A stretch of 64,000 nucleotides of DNA. It comes from Antedon mediterranea. Lineage: Eukaryota; Animalia; Echinodermata. The notes beneath the pieces were generated by a model. That model had not been told where the DNA came from, searched no databases, and saw only the letters and a program-made list of their open reading frames with translations. How positions within the stretch are numbered: position 1 is the stretch's first letter; every line of letters begins with the position of its first letter. Positions 50,273 to 62,165 of the stretch are shown here, piece by piece. A program made the translations under genes and the position numbers. The stretch is from NCBI RefSeq assembly GCF_964355755.1, contig NC_092675.1, positions 24,648,912 through 24,712,911 of the forward strand, written 5' to 3'.

Positions 50273-50730
50273 TTTTTTTCTTTCTTTTTTTTATTTCTGA
50301 AATATCATCCATATTAATAAACTTATAAACAGAAAAATTAAAATCGTAAACTCTAAACTTAAGTATATAGAATGCTTCTCCATCTACAATACATTTTGGA
50401 GTTATGGAGCATAATTATGTTTGCAAACACAAGCAACAAGGATGTTACTACTATTCAAAATACGTTGCATAAAACCAGGTAGATTTTCGCATGTACTCAT
50501 TAAAGGAAGGGACACCATGTTCAATAAACATTGCACTGGCACTACTACTTCTAGAGACATTAAGTATACGTCGCAAAGCATTATTGTAACATACATTAAG
50601 AGATACAATAGTTTTCATACGATAGTTACACCAAAGGGCTGCACAATACATATTAATACAGTAAGATCTGAAGAGACAACATTTAACATAGGTAGAGCAT
50701 TTCTTAAATTTGCGATTGAGTGAGTTGCTT
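50273..50730 (-). mobile_element. 5'-truncated non-LTR retrotransposon 3' end (CR1/L2-group-like), unit-2-specific insertion
   Basis: Minus-strand RT C-terminal peptide YCAALW...YNNALRRILNVSRSSSASAMF...VPSF with an A-rich tail and TGTATT flanking repeat. Absent in unit 1. Short relatives at ~36265-36390, 43290-43530, 45165-45280, 51180-51420, 53955-54060. Confidence 0.7.
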
Positions 50731-51449
50731 GTATTATAAGTGTAAATTTTAAACTAGAATTCTCTATTATCTATTGTCGCAGAGAAGAGATTAGGCCAAT
50801 CCAACAGCTCGTTCATTCCCTTTATCAATTACTTGGAATACTCCATCGTATCTCGCATTCATTTCATTCTCACGGCTAATTGATAGGAATAAACAGAAGT
50901 GTATTTCACTCAAGTAACAGAGTAATCAGAAACGTTGTAGCTTTTCTTTAGCTTTGTTTATTTGGATATAAAAAAACTTTCCAAAAAGTGAGACAATTAA
51001 AGCCATTAGGCCCGGTTTATCTTCAGTTCGAAATATTGAATAGGCATACTTCCTTTGGATTTGTTTTTATGCGACCATTAGTGTTAAATAATGAGAATTT
51101 ATAGGACTGATGTTTTCAATCATAAATACAAGATGAGTCTACTCGAATTGTGATGGGCATTTAACATAGCCGTACTATAACCTATTCAATTCAATTTATT
51201 TTATTTCGGAAATATTTCATCCATCTAAAAAAACTCTAATAACTTACAAAAAGAATATAAAAAAATAAATTCGCACATCACTGAAGTTAGAAAAACTCTA
51301 AGAACTTAAATATAGAATACTTCTCCAACTACAAAAATAAAATTGTTTAAATGTGCATATTTGCAAACACAGGCAACACGAGTGAATATTATTATTCAAC
51401 AAACGTTGCATCAAACTATAAAAAGATTTTTGTTTATATTATTTATATA

Positions 51450-51835
51450 TAGATGACAAATTTAACAAGTTAACGGAGTACTTACTCGAACGTTTCGATC
51501 TCTATCAGAGATCCTTCTCAACTGACTGCGGAGTGTTAATGCAGCTTGGTCATTCTTGACGTCATCTGTTGATGACGTTGTACGCCTCCGGTTGTAGGTT
51601 GGAGGTTGTGCGGGGCTCGGCCAGGTGATGTGTCTATCAAATCATTGTACAAATGCGAGAGTTCGTGGGCTCCAGTGTCCCGGTTCATGGTCCAAGCTGC
51701 ATTAACACTCCGCAGTCAGTTGAGAAGGATCTCTGATAGAGATCGAAACGTTCGAGTAAGTACTCCGTTAACTTGTGCTTTTACAAAAACGAAATTTGTC
51801 ATCTATACAAAATCGAAGCTAAATGAAATTCTTTC
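51450..51835 (-). mobile_element. Penelope-like element (PLE) 3' fragment with inverted pLTR
   Basis: 12-bp TSD ATTATTTATATA (51438-51449, 51836-51847). Perfect 85-bp inverted repeat 51466-51550 / 51692-51776. Minus-strand ORF end MNRDTGAHELSHLYNDLI (GIY-YIG C-terminal NRD motif), 51536-51688. Absent in unit 1. Confidence 0.85.
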
Positions 51836-51871
51836 ATTATTTATATACTCGTATTTTATTTTCTCTACAGA

Positions 51872-52429
51872 ATGATGTATACATTTGCAGCACCATTTGC
51901 AGCAGTCATAATTCTGACAGTTGGTAACCCTATAGATGATGCTGAGGGATCAGGAACTGGATTCACCCGTCAAAGATCGGCATTTACGGCAAAATTTACC
52001 AAATCACTCGATGCTTCACGCTACCAAAATACACGAATCATATTTAATTCAGTGTTGAATAACGTCGGTGATGACTATAACCCTCAAGATGGCCGATTCA
52101 CAACTAGCGTCGCGGGAACGTACGTATTTACCGTGACTCTCATGAGTAAATATTCGTCAGGAAGTTCGGCATTTGGTTGCCTGCATAAGAATGACAACGA
52201 GCAAGTCTGCGTTTGGTCCAACGGAAACAGTGCGAACGAGATGTCAAGCAACACTATAACTCTGAACCTAGAGGAAGGTGATGTTGTTGATGTTGTTCTG
52301 AAGGCTGGTAGTAATTATGGAATTCACAATTATGGTGAAGCTGGTTATTGTACGTTCACTGGTTTCTTGCTGTACCCAAAGGAAGATGTATTGCAACGTT
52401 TAATAAAGCAGCTTCAAGTGTTGGTTTGA
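51872..52429 (+). CDS. Secreted C1q-domain-containing protein (C1qDC), copy 2, 185 aa
   Basis: Intact ORF with 9 substitutions vs copy 1; signal peptide and gC1q motifs retained. Confidence 0.88.
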   Translation: MMYTFAAPFAAVIILTVGNPIDDAEGSGTGFTRQRSAFTAKFTKSLDASRYQNTRIIFNSVLNNVGDDYNPQDGRFTTSVAGTYVFTVTLMSKYSSGSSAFGCLHKNDNEQVCVWSNGNSANEMSSNTITLNLEEGDVVDVVLKAGSNYGIHNYGEAGYCTFTGFLLYPKEDVLQRLIKQLQVLV

Positions 52430-52663
52430 GCTGACATTGTAGGCCTATAGACTTTTCCATTTACATTATAATTATAAGAACACTTTTTTTACTCATGCGT
52501 ATAATTACTAAAGCAGTTTGATAATTAACAAAAATATAAGACTAATACATTGATTAATTAATATAAAATGTTGCTATGTTTCAAATTGGATAATAATTTA
52601 TTTTGCTTAAATAACCATTGAAGAAATTTATTGTTGTATTTTTATAGATTTTTTTTCAATATT

Positions 52664-53040
52664 TGTTATTATTATTATTATTATTTTATTTATATAGCGC
52701 TTTTCCAAATTAGTATAAAATGATCAAAGCGCTTTACATCAGCACACCCAACAATGAGTCACTTCTTAGGAAATAGATGTGTTTTTAGGGCTTTTTTAAA
52801 TTTTAAAACCGTGGTTTGTTCCCGGATCACAGACGGGAGTTCGTTCCACATCACCGGTCCAAATTTTGAGAAAGTATTATTTCCAGAGGTCCGCTTTTCG
52901 AGACAGTGATCCAATCTAGTGTGATCTATCTCGGACCTCAGGCCTCTCTTAGCACATCTATACACCCGTAAGAGATTGCTTAGATAACAGGGCGCATTAT
53001 TATTTATACAATTGTAGACATGAAGTAACACTTTAAAAGT
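52664..53040 (-). mobile_element. L2-type LINE 3' end, unit-2-specific insertion
   Basis: Minus-strand peptide APCYLSNLL...GLRS...TFSKFGPVMWNELP..IRE...FKKALKTHLF typical of L2 RT C-termini. GCGCTATATAAAT and (AAT)n tail. Absent in unit 1. Confidence 0.8.
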
Positions 53041-54251
53041 GTTACAAACATTATTAGCTGTGTGCTATTGCCTTTGTACATTTTGTATGCCGTAATAAGT
53101 AAAAAAACATATTTTATAAAGTCATAGGCACATGCCGTGAAAGTTTAAATAAATAGAAATATTCGAACCCGTGATATTGTGTATGTATCCTACTCCTTTC
53201 TTCTTTGAAAGCAGGAAATTAGTAATCTCGTACCATCATCAGCGAGTAGGCCTACATTCTCTGCCGAAAGGTCGCGATCAATTTATTCTTTTTAATCATA
53301 ATAGGCCTATACATAATACAATACAAGTTAACCTACATAAAAACACATTAAAACAAACAAACTGAGACAAATTCCACAGTTCTAACCCTAGAAATCAAAT
53401 GTATTTATCTAAATCGTAACTATGGTACGCGTTGTTTGATAATAATTAACACAATACATTTTCCTCCAGTTTTACACCATAGAGCAACAGTCTCGTCGTA
53501 TAACATGTCTTTAATTTCACTCAGATGTAACCTACTTAATTATACTATACGTCAGGTACACGTGGCTACGCGTCCATCAGACTAGATGAAGTGAGACAAT
53601 CTATCAACCTGACGTACTTTTCCTGAAAATCCACATAAAATCTCAACCGGCATTTTCAGAAAGTTCGAAATTGGACTACCTACTGTAACAAATTTAAACA
53701 AAGTAATGAACATGGCTCAAATTATCAATAAATGAATAAGTTTTGATTCAACGGAGACAAATTGTACGATGTCCTCCTATGCCGTCAGAGCGTGGACCAT
53801 CTACATGGGATTCTTCTAAAAACCGCAGCCTGGCCATAACACATAACGGTGGGACTGTATATCTAATCTATCTATTAAACAATTAATTCAAGTTTATGAA
53901 TGCAATGGCAAAATAATTTCATGTGGTGAAAATAAAAGGTTACTGTATAATTTGCTTTATCAATCAATCAATTTCTTTTATTTCGGAAAAAAATGCATCC
54001 AAACTCTAAGCATAAATATATAGGATATACCACCTCCATCTACAATACATTTTTGAGTTATAACACACTTTACTGTGAATTATGTCAACGAATATATATC
54101 TCTTTGATTATCTCCACAACCCAAACATTCATATAGGCTAGCGATACGAAATATCGCTGATGCGTAGATTGCAAGAATACAGCTCAGTCGGGTGTGTTAT
54201 AAAGCGCGTCAGGTACACGTACGTAAGTACTGGTGTAATGTGCAATTCTTA

Positions 54252-54434
54252 AAGCGTGGTTCCTACTAGTGACGTATCGCAAGGACGTAAAGCAACGCAA
54301 GTGAATCGACCAATCACAAGCGATGGCTTATTCGCTTGCGATTGCTTACTACTGTCTATAACTTCGCTTGTCATTGGTTAAAACGCTTGCGTTGCGTTTA
54401 CGTCCTTGCGTTACGTTCTAGTGGGAACCAAGTT
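54252..54434. mobile_element. Harbinger-like MITE, unit-2-specific insertion
   Basis: Palindromic ~183-bp element flanked by TTA on both sides. Empty site (GCTTAACCTGC) at ~46230 in unit 1. Confidence 0.8.
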
Positions 54435-55097
54435 TTACCTGCTGCGTACATTACGCGTACTGTTCTCACATTAATATTATTCCAAGGAAGAACGCATCAT
54501 CCGGGATATCGTTATTTCGGGGCGTTTTTACAGTTTATTGCATAATTATTAGGCCTATTTGTTTGTCTTCGATTTTTCAACTAAGCCTACTAGGGTCTTT
54601 CTACTTTTTACACAGATCACCGTTAGCAGCATTTTGTAAGTTTAGGCCCCAATAAATAGGCTTCAATATTTAAATCAATACTGTTTATCTTTAATTAATT
54701 TGAATGCATAGCCAAAGGCCTAAAGCCTACTAGCTAGGCTATATCAAGGCCCTAGACTAGAAAAAAGGCACTACTAGGCCTATAGGCTAGGCCTAGGCTA
54801 GACCAGTAGCCTAGGCATAGGCTAGGTCTTAAATAGGTTCTAAGGGCCTAGGCCTAGGTTCTAAAATACAAATAAAAACATTAATTTAAAAGTAAAACTA
54901 TTCGTTGTTATATTTTAAAATTGTAAGGAGATGTTGTAAATAAAGTAAACCTAGGCTAGGCCTAGGCCTAGGCCTTAGTCCTATATACTACTTGAAAAAA
55001 GATTCATGAGAAGGAAAAGATTTGCATCACATAATTCACTCATGATGTCACAGTATTTGTAATGTTCCTTTATTCAATTTAGACTTCACCACCCAAA

Positions 55098-58000
55098 ATG
55101 AGTTCTTCAGAAGAAAGTCAGTATTCAGACAATGACGATCCTGTGATTGATGACGAAGTCTACGAGCAGACATGCATTCGTCCGGATTTGAAGTTTCATA
55201 AATTTGTTGTGAAAGTGACTGAGTCTGGAATCTTCAATGCGTTTATCATGGTGACCATCCTTTTAAACGCCTTAGTCATGGCAGTTGAAACGGATTCAGT
55301 ACTGAAGATAAAATATCGTACAGTTTTTATAGTGACAGACGAAATATTTTTAGCAATTTACACACTTGAATTTATTTTGAAGATTTACGCAGAACCAATT
55401 CGATATTTCTACAGTAGTTATAATCTATTTGATTTGTTTGTTCTTGTCATTTCTTATATGCAGGTAAACAGTATTTAAAATTACTAGGCTCAAGGCAATC
55501 AATTAATATAGGCTTACTAAAGCGTGGTTCCCACTAGAACGCAACGTAACGCAGCGACGTATCGACGCAAGATGCTGTATTGCGTAATCACAAGTGGGAA
55601 CCGACGACAGAACAGTGCTGAAAGGGTGGTTTCCACTAGCAACGCAACGCAAGGACGTAACGCAACACAAGTGTATTGACCAATCACAAGCGATGGCTTA
55701 TTCGCTTGTGATTGCTAACTGTCTATAACTTCGCTTGTCATTGGTTAAGCGTGGTTCCCACTAGCGACGCAACACAAGGACGTAACGCAACGCAAGTGAA
55801 TTGACCAATCACAAGCGATGGCTTATTCGCTTGTGATTGCTAACTGTCTATAACTTCGCTTGTCATTGGTTAAAGCGCTTGCGTTGCGTTTACGTCCTTG
55901 CGTTACGTTCTAGTGGGAACCAAGCATAACTGTCTATAACTTCGTTTACGTCCTTGCGTTACGTTCTAGTGGGAACCAATCTTAAATTATTATTGGAAGG
56001 GCATTTTCTTAAGTTGCGTAGGAATTGCGTTACTTTTCGTCGCCAGTGGAAACCAAGCTTTACAAACAAACAACAGAAACAAGAAAGGAATCATAAATGA
56101 GATTCATTCTCTACCATTCTGTAGATCGAAAAGAACTCTTGTCTAGTTCTAAACTGAGATATTAAATAATGACTAGCACCGCATTAATTAATTAATTAAT
56201 GTGTTTTAATTGTTTGTTATGCAGGTGATACTTGTGAACGTCATGTCTGGTAGTACCAACCTGAGTGCGTTGCGAATCTTACGCGCTCTTCGTACATTGC
56301 GTACACTAAGGACAGTTTCGTTTGTGAAAGGTCTACAGGTATTTTTGTGTTTAATGAAACATGCATTACAATACAAGCATAACGATTTAAAAGAAAATTT
56401 GGGCATATACGGTAGTGATTATGTGCAGTGACGTGGCCGACGATTCTCACTACAACAAATTGTCTATCAATCAATGCTTTGTATTGTTTGAGTAAAATAT
56501 ACTGAAAATAATAGACAATAAGTCAAGTTATAATTAACTACATAATTAAAACAAAATAAAAACTTGTTTTACATGTTGAATCAATAATCACACTAATTAA
56601 TTTAATATATTATCATTAGGTGCTTGTGACTGCTTTATTGGACACAATTCGGAATTCTGTGCTAAACGTTGTCCTCCTGCTCTTTCTACTTATGTTTCTC
56701 TTTAGTATAATGGGATACTATTTCTTTGGATACAAAGAACTTCAGAGTGACAAGGAGAACTGGGGACATCTTGGATCAGCAATGCTTACATTGTTTAGCT
56801 ACGTCACGGTCAGTGTTCTTCGTTATCACATAGCATACCAGCTTTAACGTCACCATCATGTTATTTTATGTAGGCCTAATAATAATCTAAATCACTATCA
56901 TCATTTGCCAACCATCTGCTTTATCATTATAGACTTTGCTCCCATCTTCATCGAATCCGTTATTATTTTGAATCAGCAAAATACAATAGGCCCGGATATC
57001 TTTTCTTGTGACCAACTTATGTTAAAGTTTAACCGGTTTATTTATACTACTCAGGTCGACGGCTGGACAGACTTTCAAGGAAGACTGGATGCGCTTGGCA
57101 TGGCTGGCAGTAGGTTCTATACCATCCTCTTCATATTCCTTGGCCATTTCGTTTTCACGAATGTTTTTATTGCCTTAATTATCATGAATATTCATGAAGC
57201 TACCGAGACGTATCGAGATGAACAGATCAAAGAAAGAGAACAGGTATAAGTCAATTACTGTTAAATACATTTCAAAAAAGTTTTGTATCAAATAGTAGTA
57301 AATGCGCGCGTCGAAAGAATTATAAACACCCGTTTACGTAAAGAGCAATTTGACCTAGTTTTCTATTTCATACCGGCAGATCATTCAAAAAAAGAAAGAA
57401 TATATGATTCACAGACAACATAATGAAGTACGTCTGATGTTGGAGAAGCAGGTAAATGTTATATGTATTCATTCTGGTCCTCAAGCTTAACTGGAAACTG
57501 AATTAACTCTTTTTTTTTCCGAGTGTAAAACATATTACAAAACAACACTTCTAATGTTAAACTATCTATCTTATATAGCCAATCACTCCAAATCTATTTT
57601 TCTTAATTTTTATACTACAGTACTTCTTTGATTGTTTGCAAACATACTTACTGTTGGGTGACAAATGTTCCTTGCAACTCTTTATCTGATTTATTATATA
57701 TACTATATACTTTACTATACTCTACTGTATATTATACTAGTTATGTGTAAGATGTTTAGTATTTGTATATCGATTATTGTTTCTCTTTCTAAGAACAAAG
57801 GGCAGTTCAAAAACTTCAACGAAATGGTTTTAGAATTTCAAAAGACGTTACGTCACGATGACTTTTTGGTATCGGTTGATTTGGCAACCAACCTGACGTG
57901 GTTAGAGACATATATTACCACGCTTGATCACCAAGATAATTCAATGTATTGGTAAGTACTGAACTAAATGCAAGCCTCTCCATCACACAAACAAACTATT

Positions 58001-58633
58001 GGGAATAGAATCATGGTATACGTGATAAACATGGCATGTTAAATGGACGATCGGGAAATAACATTTCACACCTACATCCTCCCTTTACTATTTGGCTTCA
58101 TAGAAATGATGAAAATAATCCATTGTACTGTTCTATTATTCAGGAAATAATGAATTGAGGCACTCCTTGAACTACTAACCCTCGAACCCTCGAACTACTA
58201 GATATAAAAATGCTCTACCATAATTTTTGATAAATCTGTTAATAAATGAACTTAAATTGAGGTATGTGGTCTCTTCAACAAGCACAGGGAAACAAACATA
58301 AATTGTATATTATAATTATTTAATTTGTACATAATGAATTTTCAATTTTTTTTATCCAGGCTATTTTTATATTTTCCGTATCTTATATTGTAGACTGTAT
58401 GTTTTAAAATATTTTGGGAATTGTGTAATTTTGCACTTTTAAGTGCAAAATTTCACTAAACAAACATTAAACACTTTAATGGTTAAAACAAACATTAGAA
58501 ATGTTTGTTTTAGCCTTTTATATTTATTTATTTTTTAAATTATGATTTTAGTTTACAGCAACTTCATTTTGAAATGGTTAACCTTCTGTCAAGTATTCAC
58601 GAGAAGACACTCAAAGAGCGTTATGGAATCTAG
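55098..58633 (+). CDS. CATSPER3: Cation channel sperm-associated protein 3 (CatSper3), intact, 389 aa
   Basis: Exons 55098-55463, 56225-56338, 56620-56808, 57055-57243, 57380-57451, 57794-57951, 58552-58633 (1170 nt). Single 6-TM repeat, S4 LRILRALRTLRTLRTV, pore TVDGWTD (CatSper3 type), and CatSper3-like C-terminus FQKTLRHDD...YITTLDHQD...LQQLHFEMVNLLS. Confidence 0.93.
55520..56060. mobile_element. Rearranged cluster of Harbinger-like MITEs in CatSper3 intron (unit 2)
   Basis: Same family as 47235-47826 but with nested partial copies in a different arrangement. Confidence 0.72.
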
Positions 58634-61470
58634 TCGTGGTGTAGTCTTTAATAGTCTTTTTAATTACTTTTGAGATTAAATTTGTTTTGAATTTTGTGTA
58701 TAGTAACAGTTATGTAACAACACAATAATACTGTATAACGTAATTTTGTTAGGGCATATATACAGTACAATATAATTATTTTCTATAGCCTACGTGCCGG
58801 AAACAAACTTTCAACTTTCGTATAATTTTTGTACAATAGTGAAATGATTGTAATTGTGTGTGTGTGTTTTGTTTTTTTGCAAAATTATTTAATAATAATA
58901 TTGAATAATAATCTAATAAAATAAATGAGTTATGTATAATTTGTATTGTATTTAAATTCTGTCATTTGAACTGACAAGAAATCTGTGTCATTATTGTTTC
59001 TTATCAAGTGATCTCTTATTTAATTCAACAATTCAACGAATTTGGGTAAGTGGGAAGTCATAAGGTGTGTAATCATACATGCATTATCAACCCGCCTCTG
59101 CAACAACATTCCAAATTCAACATAGTTAGGCCATGGACAAATGAAGACAAGGATTTGAGTCATTCTGCGATCAAACGTTCACGTCTCTTGCATCATCACA
59201 AACAAGACTTCTTAGCGGCGCATGTTCGGTTAACCCAGGGAAGAGTTGAATTACATAATTAACTCTTCCCTGGTTAACCTGATGTATATCGACATAGGCC
59301 GTGTTTCCGCAGCCAAAAGTTAACCGATAAAAATTAACTGACAAGCTTTCTGAATGTGGAAACAGGATTTAACCGATTCTGCTACAGAAAAATTAACCAA
59401 ATTAATAAATCTGATTTAACTATTCATTAATCAGATAAATCGATAACTTGTAACCTTTGACCCGAATGATTAAGTACCTAATAACCGGGTAATTTTGCCA
59501 TACAATACAACCAAACAATAAGAAGCAAATTTTAGTGATTTTTTTTAAAATATGGAAATATGGAAACAAAATATATAAGAATCTTCAGTACCTACTTTGA
59601 AATATAAAACGAAATAAATAAGCAAGACCAGCCTTACATGGTGAGTGTTACCAAAGTGCGGACCAGTGACGAATACAAATGCGTGCAATACACTTAAAAA
59701 AACTCGACTTCGTATATGCCTAAAGCCTAGCCCGGCGGCATGTATAAGAATTTTCAGTACCCCACCATGTTTAGGGCTGAGTAAAAACAATTTTTTAAAA
59801 ATAGATCTGCATAGGGGCCTGCCTGAAAAAAAGGCACTTTACATTATTTGAAATTATATGAAACAAACTATATAAGACTCACACCTGGACAATAGAGCTT
59901 GTCCCCGGAAGGTGCACCTATTCATTGAAATATGAAATTAAATATTAAGTCTCCAGTACCAGACCACCGTTAACAGTGGGGTGCGTTGACCGCGAATGAC
60001 TAACAATACCATCTTTCACACTACACCTGCACAAACTCCTTTGTATAACAACGAACGGCATACCAAACTATGATGAGAGATACATTCTCTTCTCTTCTCA
60101 ACACGTAACGCGTAACGAAGATAATTAATTCCTTTTTTACATTAAAATTGAGGCCGCTAAACATAACATTTACGAGATCAAATACATGTAGCGCGAAAGC
60201 CAAAAAAAAGGAGTAAAAAGTGTGCTCTCCTTGCCTCAGCACTATAAGGCTCTGCAGCAGCCTTGGTTTCGTTTCCACCACATCATTACCAGATGCATTG
60301 TTAGTGCCTTCTCAAGATGCGTGGTGGAAAGGGGGACGTACAATTCTATGAACCCCAAACACAGTGGTCGCATACCTTTAACTCTTTTCCACCGACCAGC
60401 GTGGGAATCGAACCCACGACATACGTGTTGTCAACTGATCATTTTGGTTTTATCAAGGTTAATAGGATAATATGATGTAATGATGAATTACGTAATACAC
60501 GTATAAATAGACAATTATCAGCTGTTCAGTCATGTTTCAGTTTGTGGTGCAACGGGTAATGCTCAGTTTTGAGTGGTATCAGCTGGGGTTCGAACCTCTA
60601 TGGATATTTTTTTTATGAATATTGGTTTTTTTAAAAAAGAGAGATATTTGGAGGGTTGAAAATGTCAGGCCTAGGCAAGTGGACCTTAAATCATAAACAA
60701 AAGTGTATGGCATTCATTTTTCCATTAAATAGACACCATAACACCCCGAATGTTCCTCATTTTTTAGTACTCTTGGGTACGGTGGCTTCTTTTCAACGGA
60801 TAAGCCTCTTTTCCACATGGGGTTCTTTTCAAGATTACTTTTGTAAACTAAAGGAGGGGAGTTTCTAGATTCCCGCCCGGAAAATTGTATCTTTACATGA
60901 TTTGAATTTCTAATAAAGATTAAAAAAATCAAAATTTAAATTTTAAATTAAATTTTGTGGCGTGTTCACCGCGTAGGACTAACAATACCATCTTCCCCAT
61001 TACACCTGCACAAACTCATTTGCATAACAACGCAGGGCTTACCAAACTGTTTAAACTAGCTACAAGGTCCCCAGAAATGACACCTATAGTATTTTGAAAC
61101 ATGATATACATCTTTCCCACAGCACATGTGCACACTCATCTGCATAACAAACGCACGGCATACCAAACTACGATGAGATAAAATTAATTCTCTTCTAAAC
61201 ACGTATCGAAGAGAATTAATTCATTTTTTTAACATTAAAATAAATTGAGGGCGCTAAACATAAAATTTATACCATCAAAGCAGTTGGCAAGAGCTAAAAA
61301 AAAGATGGTAAATGTGCTCTCCCTGCCTCAGCACTAAGGCCCTAAGGGTCGTTTCCACCACATCACCAGTTGCATTTATGTTGTCGCCTCATGATGTGTG
61401 GTGGAAAGGGGGAGGTATGATCTGTGAACCCCAAACACAGTGGCTCGCATAGCCTTAACTCTATTCCACC

Positions 61471-61541
61471 GACCAGCGTGGGAATCGAACCCACGACATA
61501 CGTGTGTCAACACGACGCTCAGACGACTGAGCTAACTGATC
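61471..61541 (-). pseudogene. tRNA-Ile-like pseudogene / SINE head
   Basis: Minus strand GATCAGT-TA-GCTC-AGTCGTCT-GAGC...GTGGG-TTCGATT-CCCAC-GCTGGTC folds into acceptor, D and T arms; the anticodon arm is imperfect. Resembles eukaryotic tRNA-Ile(AAT). Confidence 0.55.
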
Positions 61542-61813
61542 ATTTTGGTTTTAGCAAGATTAATAGGATATTAATGACGTAATGATGAATTACATAATAC
61601 ACGTATAAATAGACTATTATCAGCTGTTCCGTCATGTACTTTGTGACTTAACGGGTAATGTCCAGTTTTGAGTGCTATCGGCTGGGGTTCGAACCTCGAC
61701 GGGGTTTTTTTTTTATTTTTTTATATTGTTTTTTTTTTTAAATAGAGATATGTGACACTGTATTGTCGAACATGTATGGTACCATACCGGTAGGTATTCA
61801 AATATGCTTAATA

Positions 61814-62165
61814 ATACGAAAAGATATTAAAATTCAGTGACTTATTTCTATTTTATATCACTGTGCTCCACTGGCTCCAAGTTGGGTCCACTTGAGCACA
61901 GTGTATTAACATACGAAAAGATATTAAAATGCAGTGACTTATTTCTATTTTATATCAATGTGCTTCCCTGGTACCAAATTGGGTACACTTGAGTACACTG
62001 TATTAAAATACGAAAAGATATTACAATTCAGTGACTTATTTCTATTTTATATCACTGTGCTCCCCTGGCTCCAAATAGGGTTCAAATGAACAAAGTGTAT
62101 TAAAATACGAAAAGATATTAAAATTCAGTGACTTAACACTGGTGCTAAATTTGATCCACTGAACC
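61814..62165. repeat. 97-bp tandem repeat, ~3.5 copies
   Basis: ATACGAAAAGATATTAAAATTCAGTGACTTA at 61814, 61911, 62008 and 62105. Confidence 0.9.

Larger units (their letters stand above)
42679..58307 (+). repeat. Direct tandem segmental duplication (unit 1 ~42679-49797, unit 2 ~50122-58307)
   Basis: Both units begin AAGTGCACTACCAGGAACAGTTATG and share sequence through ...AAACAAACATAAATTGTAT. Same C1q + CatSper3 order. A ~320-bp unrelated spacer lies at 49798-50121. Confidence 0.93.

Noticed and set aside
49142-51875. In-frame CatSper3-C1q fusion protein by read-through splicing
   Set aside because: The exon 5 donor (phase 0) joins the C1q acceptor out of frame, and the residual exon 6 donor gives TG+A = stop.
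61471-61541. Functional tRNA gene
   Set aside because: The anticodon arm is imperfect, the D-loop GG is lost, and it is embedded in a repeated SINE-like body with deleted sister copies.
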